The notes under the pieces were generated by a model that was not told the DNA's origin, ran no database searches, and saw nothing but the letters and a program-made list of their open reading frames with translations. Source: Eledone cirrhosa (lineage: Eukaryota). From it: 64,000 bases of DNA. Positions 11,911 through 23,509 of this stretch are shown one piece after another. The stretch spans positions 290,904,001 through 290,968,000 of the forward strand of contig OZ024742.1 in NCBI GenBank assembly GCA_964016885.1, written 5' to 3'. Numbering within the stretch: position 1 is the stretch's first letter; each line of letters begins with the position of its first letter. A program made the translations under genes and the position numbers.

Positions 11911-14900
11911 CATCATCATCTTCATCATCGTTTAACGTCCATCTTCCACACTAGCATGGGTTAGACAGGTTTGTCCCACTTGAGGCAAGATTGGTTGGGT
12001 GACTGTGTTTCGCTCATATAGAACTGTTTCTGGCTGGTTTTCTACAGCTAGATGCCCTTCCTAATGCCAACCACATTTACAGAGTCGATTGGGTGCTTTT
12101 TGTCGTGACATCTACATGACCACTTTACAGTGTGGACTGGATGTTCTGTGGTACCAACATAACTTTACAGAGAAAGGGTGGTGTGGGCGAAAATGGAAGG
12201 ATGGAGTAGGGCTGTGGGTGGGGTGTAATTGGGTTCAGAGGTGCCTACTGACTAGAGGTTTAAGTTTGTACATAAGGGAAAGCAGGTCTTCTGTATTACT
12301 GCATAGTGCCAAAGATCTTGATCTAGTGACATTGTCACTTACACAGAGGTGCAAGTGTGCAAGGTCAGTTTTTATCACCTCGTCCCATGTTTTTCTGGGT
12401 CTACCTACTCCTTAGCTTCCATCAATTTTGATCGCCCTGCACTTTTTTATACAGCTGTCATCTTCCATACGCATCACATGACCAAACCAACGTAATCTCC
12501 TCTCAAGTAAACTGCATCTGATCCCTCTTATTCCTAATTTCTTACTTAGTTTGATTACATTTTGCCGTCCGTGTATATTACTATTACACATCCATTGGAA
12601 CATGCATGCTTCATTCCTTTCTAATCTGCACAGATCCTCTGCACACAATGCCCAAGTCTCACTACCATGCAACATTGCTGTTCATATACAACCATTATAC
12701 AATCTGCTTTTCATTTTTAGAGAGAAACCTTTTGTGGCCAACAGCGATAGCTGTCTGAACTTTTTCCATCCCATTCTAACTCTGACTACTGTACTTTCAG
12801 AACACCCTCCTCCACTGCTGAGTTTGTTACCCAGGTAACGGAAAGTGCCTACTATTTCTATAGAACCAGTGGGCCCTTGCTACTTACTGCACCTGGGTAT
12901 TGGCCACATATAAAATCTACATTCCCACTACATCTTTTATGCACCCACTACATCTTTTATGTACCCATAGTATGCATTTGGGGCATAGAATGGAATTTCT
13001 ACATATTCCTTTCTTACACACTGAGAATGCCCATTTCCCGGAGGGCACCTGTACTCTATTTTCCTTTCTACATACTAGAACTTAAAGTTATCTTAAGGCC
13101 TTTTGATTCTAGGACATGCTTCCATGTTTGGAATTTCTTCTCTAGTTCAACCATAGATTCAGCTATGAGAGTTTGATCATCTGCATATAGAACTTCCCAT
13201 GGGCAGCCAGTCTTAAACTTTTCTGTTATAGCCTGCAGGACAATAATAAACAGTGGGGGGCTAAGGACGGAGCCTTGGGGAACACCTACTTCTACGCTAA
13301 ATTCTTCCCTATATTCATTGTTAATTCTAACCTTGTTGACTGTTCCTCTATGCATGGCTTGTATAGTTCTCACAAGCCACTCATCTACTCCTAGTTTTCT
13401 AAGAGCCCACAAGTTACTGGGGGACTCTGTCAAAGACTTTCTCCAAGTCAACAAAAGCTAAGTAGTGGGTTTACTTTTAGCTAGGTACTTCTGTAGTTGC
13501 CATACAAGGAAGGGAGCATCCATAGTACTTTTACCTGGCACAAACCCAAACTGCATTTCATCTAGATCAATTCAGTCTCCAATCAGTTGCGCAATAACTC
13601 TTTCTTTGACCTTTATGACCTGGTCAACTAACTTAATGCCTCTATAGTTTTCTCTATCTAGAGCGTCTCCTTTGCCCTTGTAGCAGTTAACGATGATGCT
13701 ACTATACCAGTCATTTGGTACGACCCAATTCTGTATTACTTGGTTTACTATCCGGGTGACCATAGTATGTCCCACCATTCCAGATGCTTTCAACATTTCA
13801 GCAACTATCTCTGAAGGCCCAGCTGCCCTGCATGTCTTCATATCTTTGATTGCCTTACGTATTATACTTATTGCCTTACGTATTAACTTGCACAGCTGGT
13901 CTCTCTATTGGATCAAATTGGGGCAGACCATCTTTTTCCCATTCATTCTCTTCATTTAGTAGTCTCTCGTAGTGACACTTCCAAGCTAACTTCTTATCAG
14001 TGTAAGTGAGGGCAAGTAAACTATCATCATTACGGACACACTTCTCCCCGACAATATCACAATTTTCCTTGACTCATTGTCTCACAATACTGAACACCTC
14101 ACGTTTTTGGTCCTCGCGTTGTAGAACATGCTTGAACTTTCTATCCTCTGCTTCCCTTCTTGCAATGTACACTTGTCGCCTAGCTTCTCTCCTAACCACC
14201 TGATAGTGTTCTCTACTTCCCCACATCCCACCATTCTTTCCAAGCTTGCTTTCTGGCCTTGATTGTCTCCTCCACTTTACTGTTCCACCATGTTACTCTT
14301 CTGCCTAAAGGTTTGCTCCAGCCACAGATTTTTCTCTGTCGCCTTCAGCAGATTAACTTTCAGGAATACCCACTCTTTCTCTATATTGTACATCTCTAAT
14401 TGCTCTTCCTTACTGTCAAAAGCATCAAGTAATATGCTTTTAAATTTGTTACTGGTTGTGGGGTCCTTCAACTTCCATATTCTTCTCCTCAAGGTAGACT
14501 TCTGTCATCGAGTACGCCTAGTCCTGACTATGAGGCCACTAACTATTAGGCTATGTTGGGAGGTGCATTCTTCATGAAGGAGGGGGGACTTAGTGTTTAC
14601 AACAGACACTCTGTTTCATCTTCTAGGAAGGATAAAATCTATCTGGCTGGCATGTTCCCCTGATCTATAGGTGATCAAGTGATTGTCTCGATTTTTAAAT
14701 TTGTGTTACAGATAGTTAGATTATTAGCATCACAGAATCCCAGGATCCTAAAGTCTTCCTCATTTCTAGTACCAAACCCATAGCCTCCATGGATTCCGTC
14801 ATAGCCATCACAATGTTGCCCAACATGACCATTAAAGTCACCAGCAATAATTATGTAGTTATTGTTGGTTATTGAGAGGTAGTGAGCATTAGCGACTCAT

Positions 14901-15430
14901 AGAACCTGTCTTTTATAATGTCAAGTAGACCAGATTGGGGTGCATAAGCGGATATTATTGACACAGTTGTTCTATTTAAAACTAGTCTTATTTTAATTAT
15001 TCTGTCATTCACTCTATGGCAATTACCTTATCTACCCAGTTTTCTACTAATTCCTACTCCACCCAGCCCGTTGTCACATCCCATCTAGAAAAGTTTAAAG
15101 CATCGTTTTTTGCCCACTACAAATCTAGCAGACCCACCCCTCCACCTGGTCTCTTGAACACAACAAACATCAACTTCCTTACATTCAAACATCTCTACAA
15201 CCTCATTTGAGTGACCTTTAAATATGCCTACATTCATGTTACCAACTCTGAAGTTTTGGAGTTCGCTGGGAGAGAGGAAGGGATGAGATACGGGCACAGT
15301 GAGGGGTGTGGGAGACAGAATTGTGTTGGTTTTGGTCTTCCATGTCTGAAATAAAGAGGAGTGCTTGCATGCTCGTCCAGAGATGGAAGGTGAATTTATC
15401 TTTGTCATTGTCATTGTGAGTGCTCAGGCT
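11911..15430 (-). mobile_element. Near full-length degenerate RTE LINE (APE + RT)
   Basis: In order on the minus strand: DVCCVQETRW (APE), KGKGDALDRENYRGIKL, GVPQGSVLSP, LYADD, MLHGSETW, RLRWFGHV, (CAT)n tail; many frameshifts. Confidence 0.92.
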
Positions 15431-15642
15431 CTCCATCTTTGATGTCCATTTATCATACCGAACAACAACCAGGTTTAAGGAGTATTTTAAAGCTTTGCGA
15501 TAGAGATTTTATGTTAGAAACCTTACTATAAACCACTGGGTTTTGATTGGACCAAATAACTATGGTGGTGAATGGGGGTGGGTGGGAGGAATATGGGTAA
15601 CTTTTGGACATGCTTTTCAAATGTGTGAGAGATAAAAAAATA

Positions 15643-15830
15643 ATTGTTTCTACTTTTGGCACAAGGCCAGCAATTATCCCAGTGTGTTACTGGTACTTTA
15701 TTTTATCGACCCCATAAGGATGACAGGCAAAGTTAACCTCAGCGGGATTTGAACTCAGACCATAAAGGGCCGTAACTCTTTGTTGCAAAGCATTGTGTCC
15801 GACCCTCTACCGATACTGCCAATCCACCGC
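15643..15830 (-). mobile_element. tRNA-derived SINE, family 2
   Basis: A box TGGCAGTATCGG, B box GAGTTCAAATCC, central catccttatggggtcgataaaataaagtaccag; copies at 44365-44555, 46635-47215 and 47760-47970. Confidence 0.8.
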
Positions 15831-16289
15831 CCGAGAGATAAAAAGATAATAACAATAAGTATGGACAAAATGAAATTCCGAGAGAGAAAAGTTAATGCTA
15901 GAACAATCTATACAAATAAAAATGACAAAGTATACTTAGTAAGTATACTTTTCAAATGTGTCTTTTTTTTTCGAAATCCCCCACCACTTAGATAAGCCAT
16001 AAGACTGGTTTTATCATCCCTTAGCTTAATGGTAAAAACAGTCAGCCGGAATTCAATAGATTCAGGTTTGTTTCTTCATAGTAGCTGCTGGACACTTTTT
16101 GAAACTAATTAAGAATTTAGAATGATTTAGTAATATAAATAACTTTCTCATTATTAAGTTGATGTTTGGAACATAACTTTACAAAGGTACATAAAATTCT
16201 GATGGAAGCTCCAATTAACCCTTTTGATATGAACTTTCCCCAGGTTCTCTGATATAAAACTATTTATTTTAAAGTATATTTAGATGGAG

Positions 16290-16633
16290 ACACATGGCTT
16301 AGTGGTTAGAGCATTGACCTTGCAATCGAAAGGTTGTGAGTTCAATTCTCAGACCGGGTGATGTGTTGTTTCCTTGAGCAAGACACTTTATTTCACATTG
16401 CTCCAGTTTACTCAGCTGTAGAAATGAGATGATAGGGACTGGGGTCCCTATCATTCCACTGCAAAGTGGTCGTGGAGGTGCCACGGCAAAAAAAGCACCC
16501 AGCACTCACTGTAAATGAGGTTGGTGTTAGGAAGGGCATCCAGCTGTAGAAATCAAGCCAGAATCAGTTCCCGTCTCACCCTTGCAAGCAGGGAAAAGCA
16601 GACGTAAAATGAAATGATGATGATGATGATGAT
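16290..16633 (+). mobile_element. tRNA-headed SINE with RTE tail (family 1)
   Basis: A/B boxes at 16295-16350, RTE 3'-UTR motifs and (GAT)n tail. Confidence 0.82.
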
Positions 16634-16679
16634 TTAGCTTCCATCATAATTTTATGCAAGAATCTATCAAAGAACATCG

Positions 16680-17190
16680 GATTTATATGTGGTTGATGCA
16701 CAGGTAAATAAGTAGCAAGAGCTCACAAGATACTAGCTCCTTTAAATGTCCAGTGGACTCTGTAGAAGTAGTGGATAGTTTCTGATAACTGGGTGATTAA
16801 ATTACAGTAGCCACCACTGTTAACAAAAGTGTTTTCTCTCAAAATCTTGCATGCTCCAATGGATGTGTAATAGTAATATACATGAACGGCAAAATGTAAA
16901 TGAACTGAGTGAGAAACTAGGCATAAAAGGGATTGGATCCAGTGTGCAGGAGAGAAGATTGCAGTGGTATGGACATGTGATGGTATGAAGGATGACAGCT
17001 GTATAAAAAAGTGGGGGCACTCAAAGTTAATGGAATCTATGGAGTAGGAAGACCTATGAAAGCTTGGGATGAGGTGATAAAAACTAACCTCATACAATTG
17101 CACCTCTTTAAGACAATGAGACAGGATCATGATCTCTGGCATGATGCAATACTACAGAAGACCTACCTTCCCATGTGCAAGGGACGAAGC
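16680..17190 (+). mobile_element. Degenerate RTE 3' coding fragment
   Basis: Remnants of VEVVDSF.YLGD, RLQWYGHV and GRPMKAW. Confidence 0.7.
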
Positions 17191-17648
17191 AATGTCTAGT
17201 GGTCTTTAGTATGCACGTCTCCCTCCCTCCCCTCCATAATCCTACCACATCTTAATCATTCCACTACTCACCACCTCATAGACATTAATATCTATTAGTT
17301 TTAAAGTGTTATATTTATCTAAAAAGCTTCCATCATTATTTTATGTACCTTTTTAAATTTATGTTCCAAACACCAGCTTAATAATGAGAAAATGATTTAT
17401 ATTAGTAAAGCACTCTAAATTCTTGATTATTTGAAACTCATAGTCATTGTCTTTCATTAGAAATATAGTAACAAAAGGTTTAAATTCTGACTTTGATTGT
17501 GACAACCAATCCAACCGTTGCTAGCAGTTAAAAAGGACATTGAATGATCATAATGATATATATATATGTATGTGTGTGTGTATATAAATTATTGTTTTTA
17601 TGTCTGCTTTTCGATGCGTGCATGCATTGGGCAGTATATATATATATA

Positions 17649-18887
17649 ACTAGCAGCAGGACCCAGCATGCACGGGGTAGGAAACGTGAAATAGCAACAC
17701 ACATATGCAAAGATTGAGGAATGTAGCTGTGTATTTTTTGAATACCCTTATTCTCAGGGAATGATTGTTCATCTACTGGAAACTTAGAACACCAGCACGC
17801 CCGAATCATGAAACATCTGCATGCATGTGCAAAATCTGAAGAAAATCAACTGGATACTCTTTAAGTGTACTAAATCTTAGACAATGATTTTTCTTCCATT
17901 TGGAGAAAATCGGTTAGGTACTTTTCGACTTTTATAGATTCGCACCCAGTCATCCGGACAGACATCATCAGTTATGTCTATTGCACCTGCATGCATACTG
18001 TACAGAGTAAAGTCTGCAATGCTTGAGTAAGACATGTCATGCAACCACACAGCATGTTGGCCTTCCCCAGAGGAGACCATAGCCCCTTTGTAAATCTACC
18101 AAATCTGATATAGACCGAACTGTTATATCGAATGCCGTACGCTTCGAAGTTACTATTGGGGTCACCGCGGAATTAGCACAACTGCTGTTTGACGTACTTG
18201 CACAGGGCATTCATACTGACTGTTGCTTTGGGTCTGTGTACCGGGTTCCCAAAGTCCTTGTATTTATAATAATGCTATAGTTAGAAGGATGTGTATATGA
18301 GGTTGATTTATGCTCAGCCATGTGATGATCGTCTCCTAGGTAGCTGGGGGTCACAGGTCAAGTGGTATGTACGTTTATCATCGTTTTCTTGACAGGACAA
18401 TAGTGGAAACTGTCCAATAATGGGTGGTCTCTGAGGCGAGATACCTCAGATTCGCTTTCGAATCTTCGCCAGTAAGACATAGTAGTATTCCGTTATAGAT
18501 GTTTAAGTAGCATTTATATTGAAAATGAAAAAAAGCATGTAATGCTCAATGCTAATTCATAAATTTCCTAGAAACCATTAATAGAATTGGAAATTTTTTT
18601 TGTCAACAGCAATGCGAGGGGACTAACTAATGTGTGCTGCAAATTTCGAGGAAATCAGCTGGATTATCTTTATGTTACACCTCAAAAAAGCCTAAAAATG
18701 CCTTAAAAATGGGGGTTTTCGCCTTATGCGGCCTCTAGGGCAGAAAAAGTTAAAAAATTGTTTAGCCCATTGCACTTCAAGAAATATAAGTAACGATGTA
18801 TAAAGTTTGAAAAAAATTGGTCGGGTACTTCTCGAGTTTTAGAGATTTACACAGACAGACAGACATCCTCTGTTTTATATATATAGA
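17649..18887 (+). mobile_element. Non-autonomous Helitron-like (Lep1/HINE-type) element
   Basis: Starts ACTAGC..ACCC..GCA.GGG and ends (CAGA)n + catcctctgttttatatatatag; its 3' part is internally duplicated (17810-17966 vs 18620-18866). Confidence 0.55.
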
Positions 18888-19224
18888 GAGTACATAATAA
18901 ACAAGACACTATAATTATTCCATTTCTGAAGGTTTCCAGAAACTAGATGATTCTTACAGAAACGTCCAGCTCATTTGTCAGATAAAATAATAGAATAATT
19001 ATATTGTGTTGTTTATTATGTAATTAAATAGGTTTGTACAATATGTAGAGCACTCTTCTTTCTTTTATCTTTTCTACGGAAATACTTTACACACACACAC
19101 ACACATATAATATACCATTAATATTAATAGTATATTCATTTACTAGTTGATCTATAGCTCGATGTAGTAGGCTTCATGTGGAGTTAGAGCTGTTATACAT
19201 TAAAATTTAAATGACATCAAAGAT

Positions 19225-19912
19225 TTAAAGCAAAGCATAAACGAACTAAGGAAAAAATTAGAAATAAGAGGGATCAGATGTTGTTTACTCGAGAGAAGGC
19301 TACGTTGGTATGGACACGTGATGCGCATGAAAGTCGATAGCTGTATAACAAAGTGCAGGGCAATAAAGATAGACGGTAGCCACGGAATAGGCATACCTAG
19401 AAAAACCTGGGACGAGCTGATAAACTCCGACCTCACACACTTACACCTCTCCAAGACAATGTCACTGGACAGAGACCTTTGGCGGTACTCAGTAACAGAG
19501 AAGACCCGCCTTACCTAAATACATAGTAAAACCTACTACAGCCAGTAGGCATCTCTAACAAAATACACCCCGTCCCACCCCCACCACCCCCACCCCATCC
19601 ACACCACCCGGTTCTATGTAAAGTTATGTTGGTGCCACGCCATCCAGGCCGAAACAAATGAGATCGTGTAGGTGTCACGACAAAAAAACACACAGTCCAC
19701 GCTGTAATGTGGCCGTGTAGGCAACACGGTAAAAACCTCCCAGACCCACACTGTAAATGTGGTTGGTGTTAGGAAGGGCATCCAACTGTAGAAAACCTGC
19801 CAGACAGTCCTATGCGAGCATGACAATCACTCTTGCCTCAAGTGGGACTACCCCCGTCCAAACCCATGCAAGCGTGGAACACGGACGTTAAACGTTGATG
19901 ATGATGATGATG

Positions 19913-19915
<3 letters not shown>
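19225..19915 (+). mobile_element. RTE 3' fragment
   Basis: RLRWYGHVMRM...PRKTW, 3' UTR, (GAT)n tail. Confidence 0.85.
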
Positions 19916-19969
<54 letters not shown>

Positions 19970-19971
<2 letters not shown>

Positions 19972-21045
19972 AAGATATTAATAAATGGAAACTATATTTA
20001 TAAAACCATATTTATAAAAAATTGTATTATTGATTTTCTTTTTCTAAATACTTTTAATATTTTTTAATTATTTAATATTAGAGTTATAACCAAAAACTAA
20101 TTCTGGCTCAATATATCTTTCAACATTTATATCTTCGTCAAAATGGTCTCATACTAACTAATAAATAAACAAAACTGGGATTTTCAGTATCTTCCCAATT
20201 TAAAACATTAAAAACATATAAATAATCTTATTAACTCAGTTAATTTAATTACTTACACTAAATATAAACCAGTATCCCTCATAACTTATTAAAACAATTA
20301 TCTATAACATGATATACCCATTTATCCACTCATATATCTATTCTTCTATCTATATTTTTCTATCTATTGATTCTCCTATTTTCTACTTTATATCTATTTA
20401 TTTTCAATATATTTTCCAATATATCTTTATATATATTTATTTTTTCTATATATCTATTTTTTCTGTATACTTATAATAGTAAATATTATATTGAATTATA
20501 TTAGAATTCTAACAATAATTACTAAATATACGTAACATTAATATAAACTTTATATAAACTGAAGACTTATTTAACATGAGTTCATCCTCTGATAAATTTC
20601 TTTCTTCTCTCTATCTCTCTATCTATCTCATAACAGTAATTTCTTTTTCTCTCTCTCTTTCTTCTCTTTCTTCCCTATCTTTCCCCAGCGTAATTTAGAT
20701 AAACAGCTGTTTTTTCAATTTTTCATACATTCATTTGCATATTCACACATAACTTTGAATTACCCCTAATAAGTTTCCACTATCCAGCGAATTTCCGACT
20801 GTTAAGGTTGATTTCCATGGGTATGTCGTTATTTATAAAACAAATTTTGTATTTTATCTAATGAAAGCGCACCAAGATTGGGTTAGTCGCCCTTGAAATA
20901 TATACAATAAAATAAATATGGTTTTATAAATATAGTTTCCATTTATTAATATCTTGGAATATTTACTCCAGTAATTTGTTGAGTGCTCTATATCAGTTAT
21001 AAACATTTATATTTGTCGGAATTCCAACAAATTAAATATAACTTC
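19970..21045 (+). mobile_element. AT-rich PLE terminal remnant with a mutated hammerhead
   Basis: Inverted ends (19971-20015 vs ~20915-20957); homologous to 49164-49520; hammerhead-like motif at 20852-20912 with CTAATGA instead of CTGATGA. Confidence 0.6.
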
Positions 21046-21298
21046 TACATATATATATATATATATATATAGGAACAAGTAAGACCCCGACGGCTGAGCT
21101 CAAGCCGTTTCGACGGCTAATTCTGGACTGAAAAATTTTCAGTCCAGAATTAGCTGTCGAAACGGCTTGAGCTCAGCCGTCAGGGTCTTACTTGTTCCTA
21201 TTACCCACTCTACTACCCTAAGTATTGAGTACTTTGGTGCGTTATGGTCCACCTGGTTCCTTACTACATTTCCTTCGTTATATATATATATATATATA

Positions 21299-21795
21299 TG
21301 TACAGCCACCGGAAATAACATCTGTGAAATATACAGCGCCATCTACGTGTTAGCTAGCTACCTCAACGTGAAACAAAAGAACCCTTAAAAGCTACCAGAA
21401 TAAACGCCTACACACCGGCTAAACATCAAACGATTATTTCTGTATAAATAGAGTGATTCCAAACACTTCAGCAGTCGACATTTGGCAGAGTCAACCCGCG
21501 TATCGTTCCTCGCCTCTGCCACACTTTGTCACTCACACACGCCTTGTACCTCTGTATTGTCGCTTCATGTGAAAATAAATAGCTGATCGAATTTACATCT
21601 CGCCTTGCTTCATCCTTTCAACTTGTGCTTTCGTCTGTCCATCCTCAACAGTTCTTTTAAGGGCTATATGCGACAACAGTCCTTTTAAGGGCTATCTTCA
21701 GATCTGATCAGACCGTATGCAATAACAGTCCTTCTAAGGGCTATTCTCGGATCTGATCAGAAGTAGTGACTAGACTGACTAATCACGTCGCTACA
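21299..21795 (+). repeat. Gypsy 5' LTR
   Basis: TGTA...TACA termini, AATAAA near 21574, three internal aacagt.ctt.taagggcta repeats; immediately followed by the PBS. Confidence 0.8.
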
Positions 21796-21797
21796 AT

Positions 21798-21814
21798 TGG
21801 TGACCCGAACGTGA
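21798..21814 (+). promoter_or_regulatory. Primer-binding site, tRNA-Trp type
   Basis: TGGTGACCCGAACGTGA, 2 nt after the LTR end; close to the tRNA-Trp PBS TGGTGACCCCGACGTGA. Confidence 0.75.
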
Positions 21815-23509
21815 GTCGAACGCGCAACCAGACAGCTCCTAAGAAAATATCAACATGGACATGTCACAAACGACAGAGGGCCGAGATTTCAGAGCTGTGG
21901 GCTATGATCAGAGAGCGGGCTTGTCAAATTAAAGCCCTCTCGAATCAAGTAGAGAACTTGACCTTTCATACACACCGGCGATGCAGCAACAGTCGATCCA
22001 GGCCTTTTCACAGTCGAAGATCCAGTAGTTCCAGTCAAAATCGTGTGTCTGGCAACCTCTGCTGGTATCACACAAATTTCGGCGCACAGGCATCTAAGTG
22101 CAAAGCCTCGTGCTCTTTCCGGAATACCACCCAGGACCTAGTGACGACATTCAACCCTGGTACTGAAAAGAAAAGTCGTCTATTTTTTATTAACAACCAG
22201 GCGACAGGCATCCGTTATCGCGTGGATACAGGAGCCCAGGTTAGTGTTATTCCTGTTTCACTAATCTCGGGCAAAAGACACCCAACACCGTCCTTTCTGC
22301 AGGCAGTGAACCGATCGTCAATTCCGACTTTCGGGGAAAAATCCCTGACCCTCAATTTAGGCCTGAGGTGGCATTTTCAATGGGTGTTCGTCGTGATAGA
22401 CCTGCCGACCCCTATCCTAGGAGCCGATTTTCTCCACCACTTCAACCTTCTGGTGGATATGAAGAACTGGAGGCTTATTGACACCACCACAAACCTCACT
22501 GTGAGAGGTATATTTACCACGCAATCCACAGTGAGCCCTGTAATTTGCCAGTCAGAGCCTTCGCGGTACAACGGCATTCTCCAGAAATACCCAGACATCA
22601 CTCGCCCGGTATTTAAGGATGGTCCTATTAAGCATAGTGTCACGCACCACATCAAGACAAGAGGACCACCCACAGCTGCCCGACCAAGGAGACTGCCTCC
22701 AGACCGATTGAGAATCGCCAAGCAGGAGTTCCAACACATGCTGGACCTCGGAATCATTCGCCCTTCCTCCAGCAACTGGTCTGCACCCCTACATCTTGTT
22801 CCCAAAAAAAACGAGAATGATTGGCGACCATGTGGGGATTATCGTGCACTTAACAATTCTACAGTGCCCGATAATTACCCTGTACCTCACCTGCACGATT
22901 TTTCTGCCTCCCTGCAAGACGCACGCATCTTTTCCAAGGTAGATTTGGTGCGTGCATATAACCAGATACCTATGGAGCCTGCAGACATTCCGAAGACCGC
23001 AATCACAACACCGTTCGGTTTATTCGAATTCCTGCGAATGCCGTTCGGTCTGCGCAACGCTGCACAAACTTTTCAGCGGTTTATTGACACCGTGTTACGC
23101 GATCTACCCTTCGTATACGCATATATTGACGACGTGCTGGTAGCAAGTACTTCCGAGCATTAACACGAGAAGCACTTATATCTCCTTTTCCGACGTTTGG
23201 CTGAGTACTGTATCATCATCAACCCCAGCAAGTGCCTTCTCGGCGTTCCTTCACTGTCCTTTCTCGGGCACATCATCGATAAAGAAGGCATTCGTCCACT
23301 TCCCGAGAAAGTAGAAGCTATCTGCAGTTTTCCCGCACCTTCATCACTTCGGAAACTGTGTGAATTCCTCGGTCTGGTGAATTTTTATAGGCGGCTCATC
23401 CCTCATTGTTCTGACGCAGTCAAACTCCTCACGGACCTTCTTCGTAACCGGACTCGCAAAAACGAAGAGATCACCCTAAAACGAGGAAGAATTAACATCT
23501 TTTAACCGC

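Larger units (their letters stand above)
21299..23505 (+). mobile_element. Ty3/Gypsy LTR retrotransposon, gag internally deleted and 3' truncated
   Basis: Gag tail CWYH..FG..A..C...C, protease [10 protein letters not shown] motifs [25 protein letters not shown] and YIDD; premature TAA at 23161; no RNase H, integrase or 3' LTR. Confidence 0.93.

Noticed and set aside
16290-16365. tRNA gene
   Set aside because: A/B boxes belong to a SINE head that continues into SINE body and RTE tail; no proper acceptor stem.
16660-16860. Candidate missing macrodomain-1 exon (has CAG|GTAAAT)
   Set aside because: Sequence is a degenerate RTE coding fragment with no macrodomain motifs.
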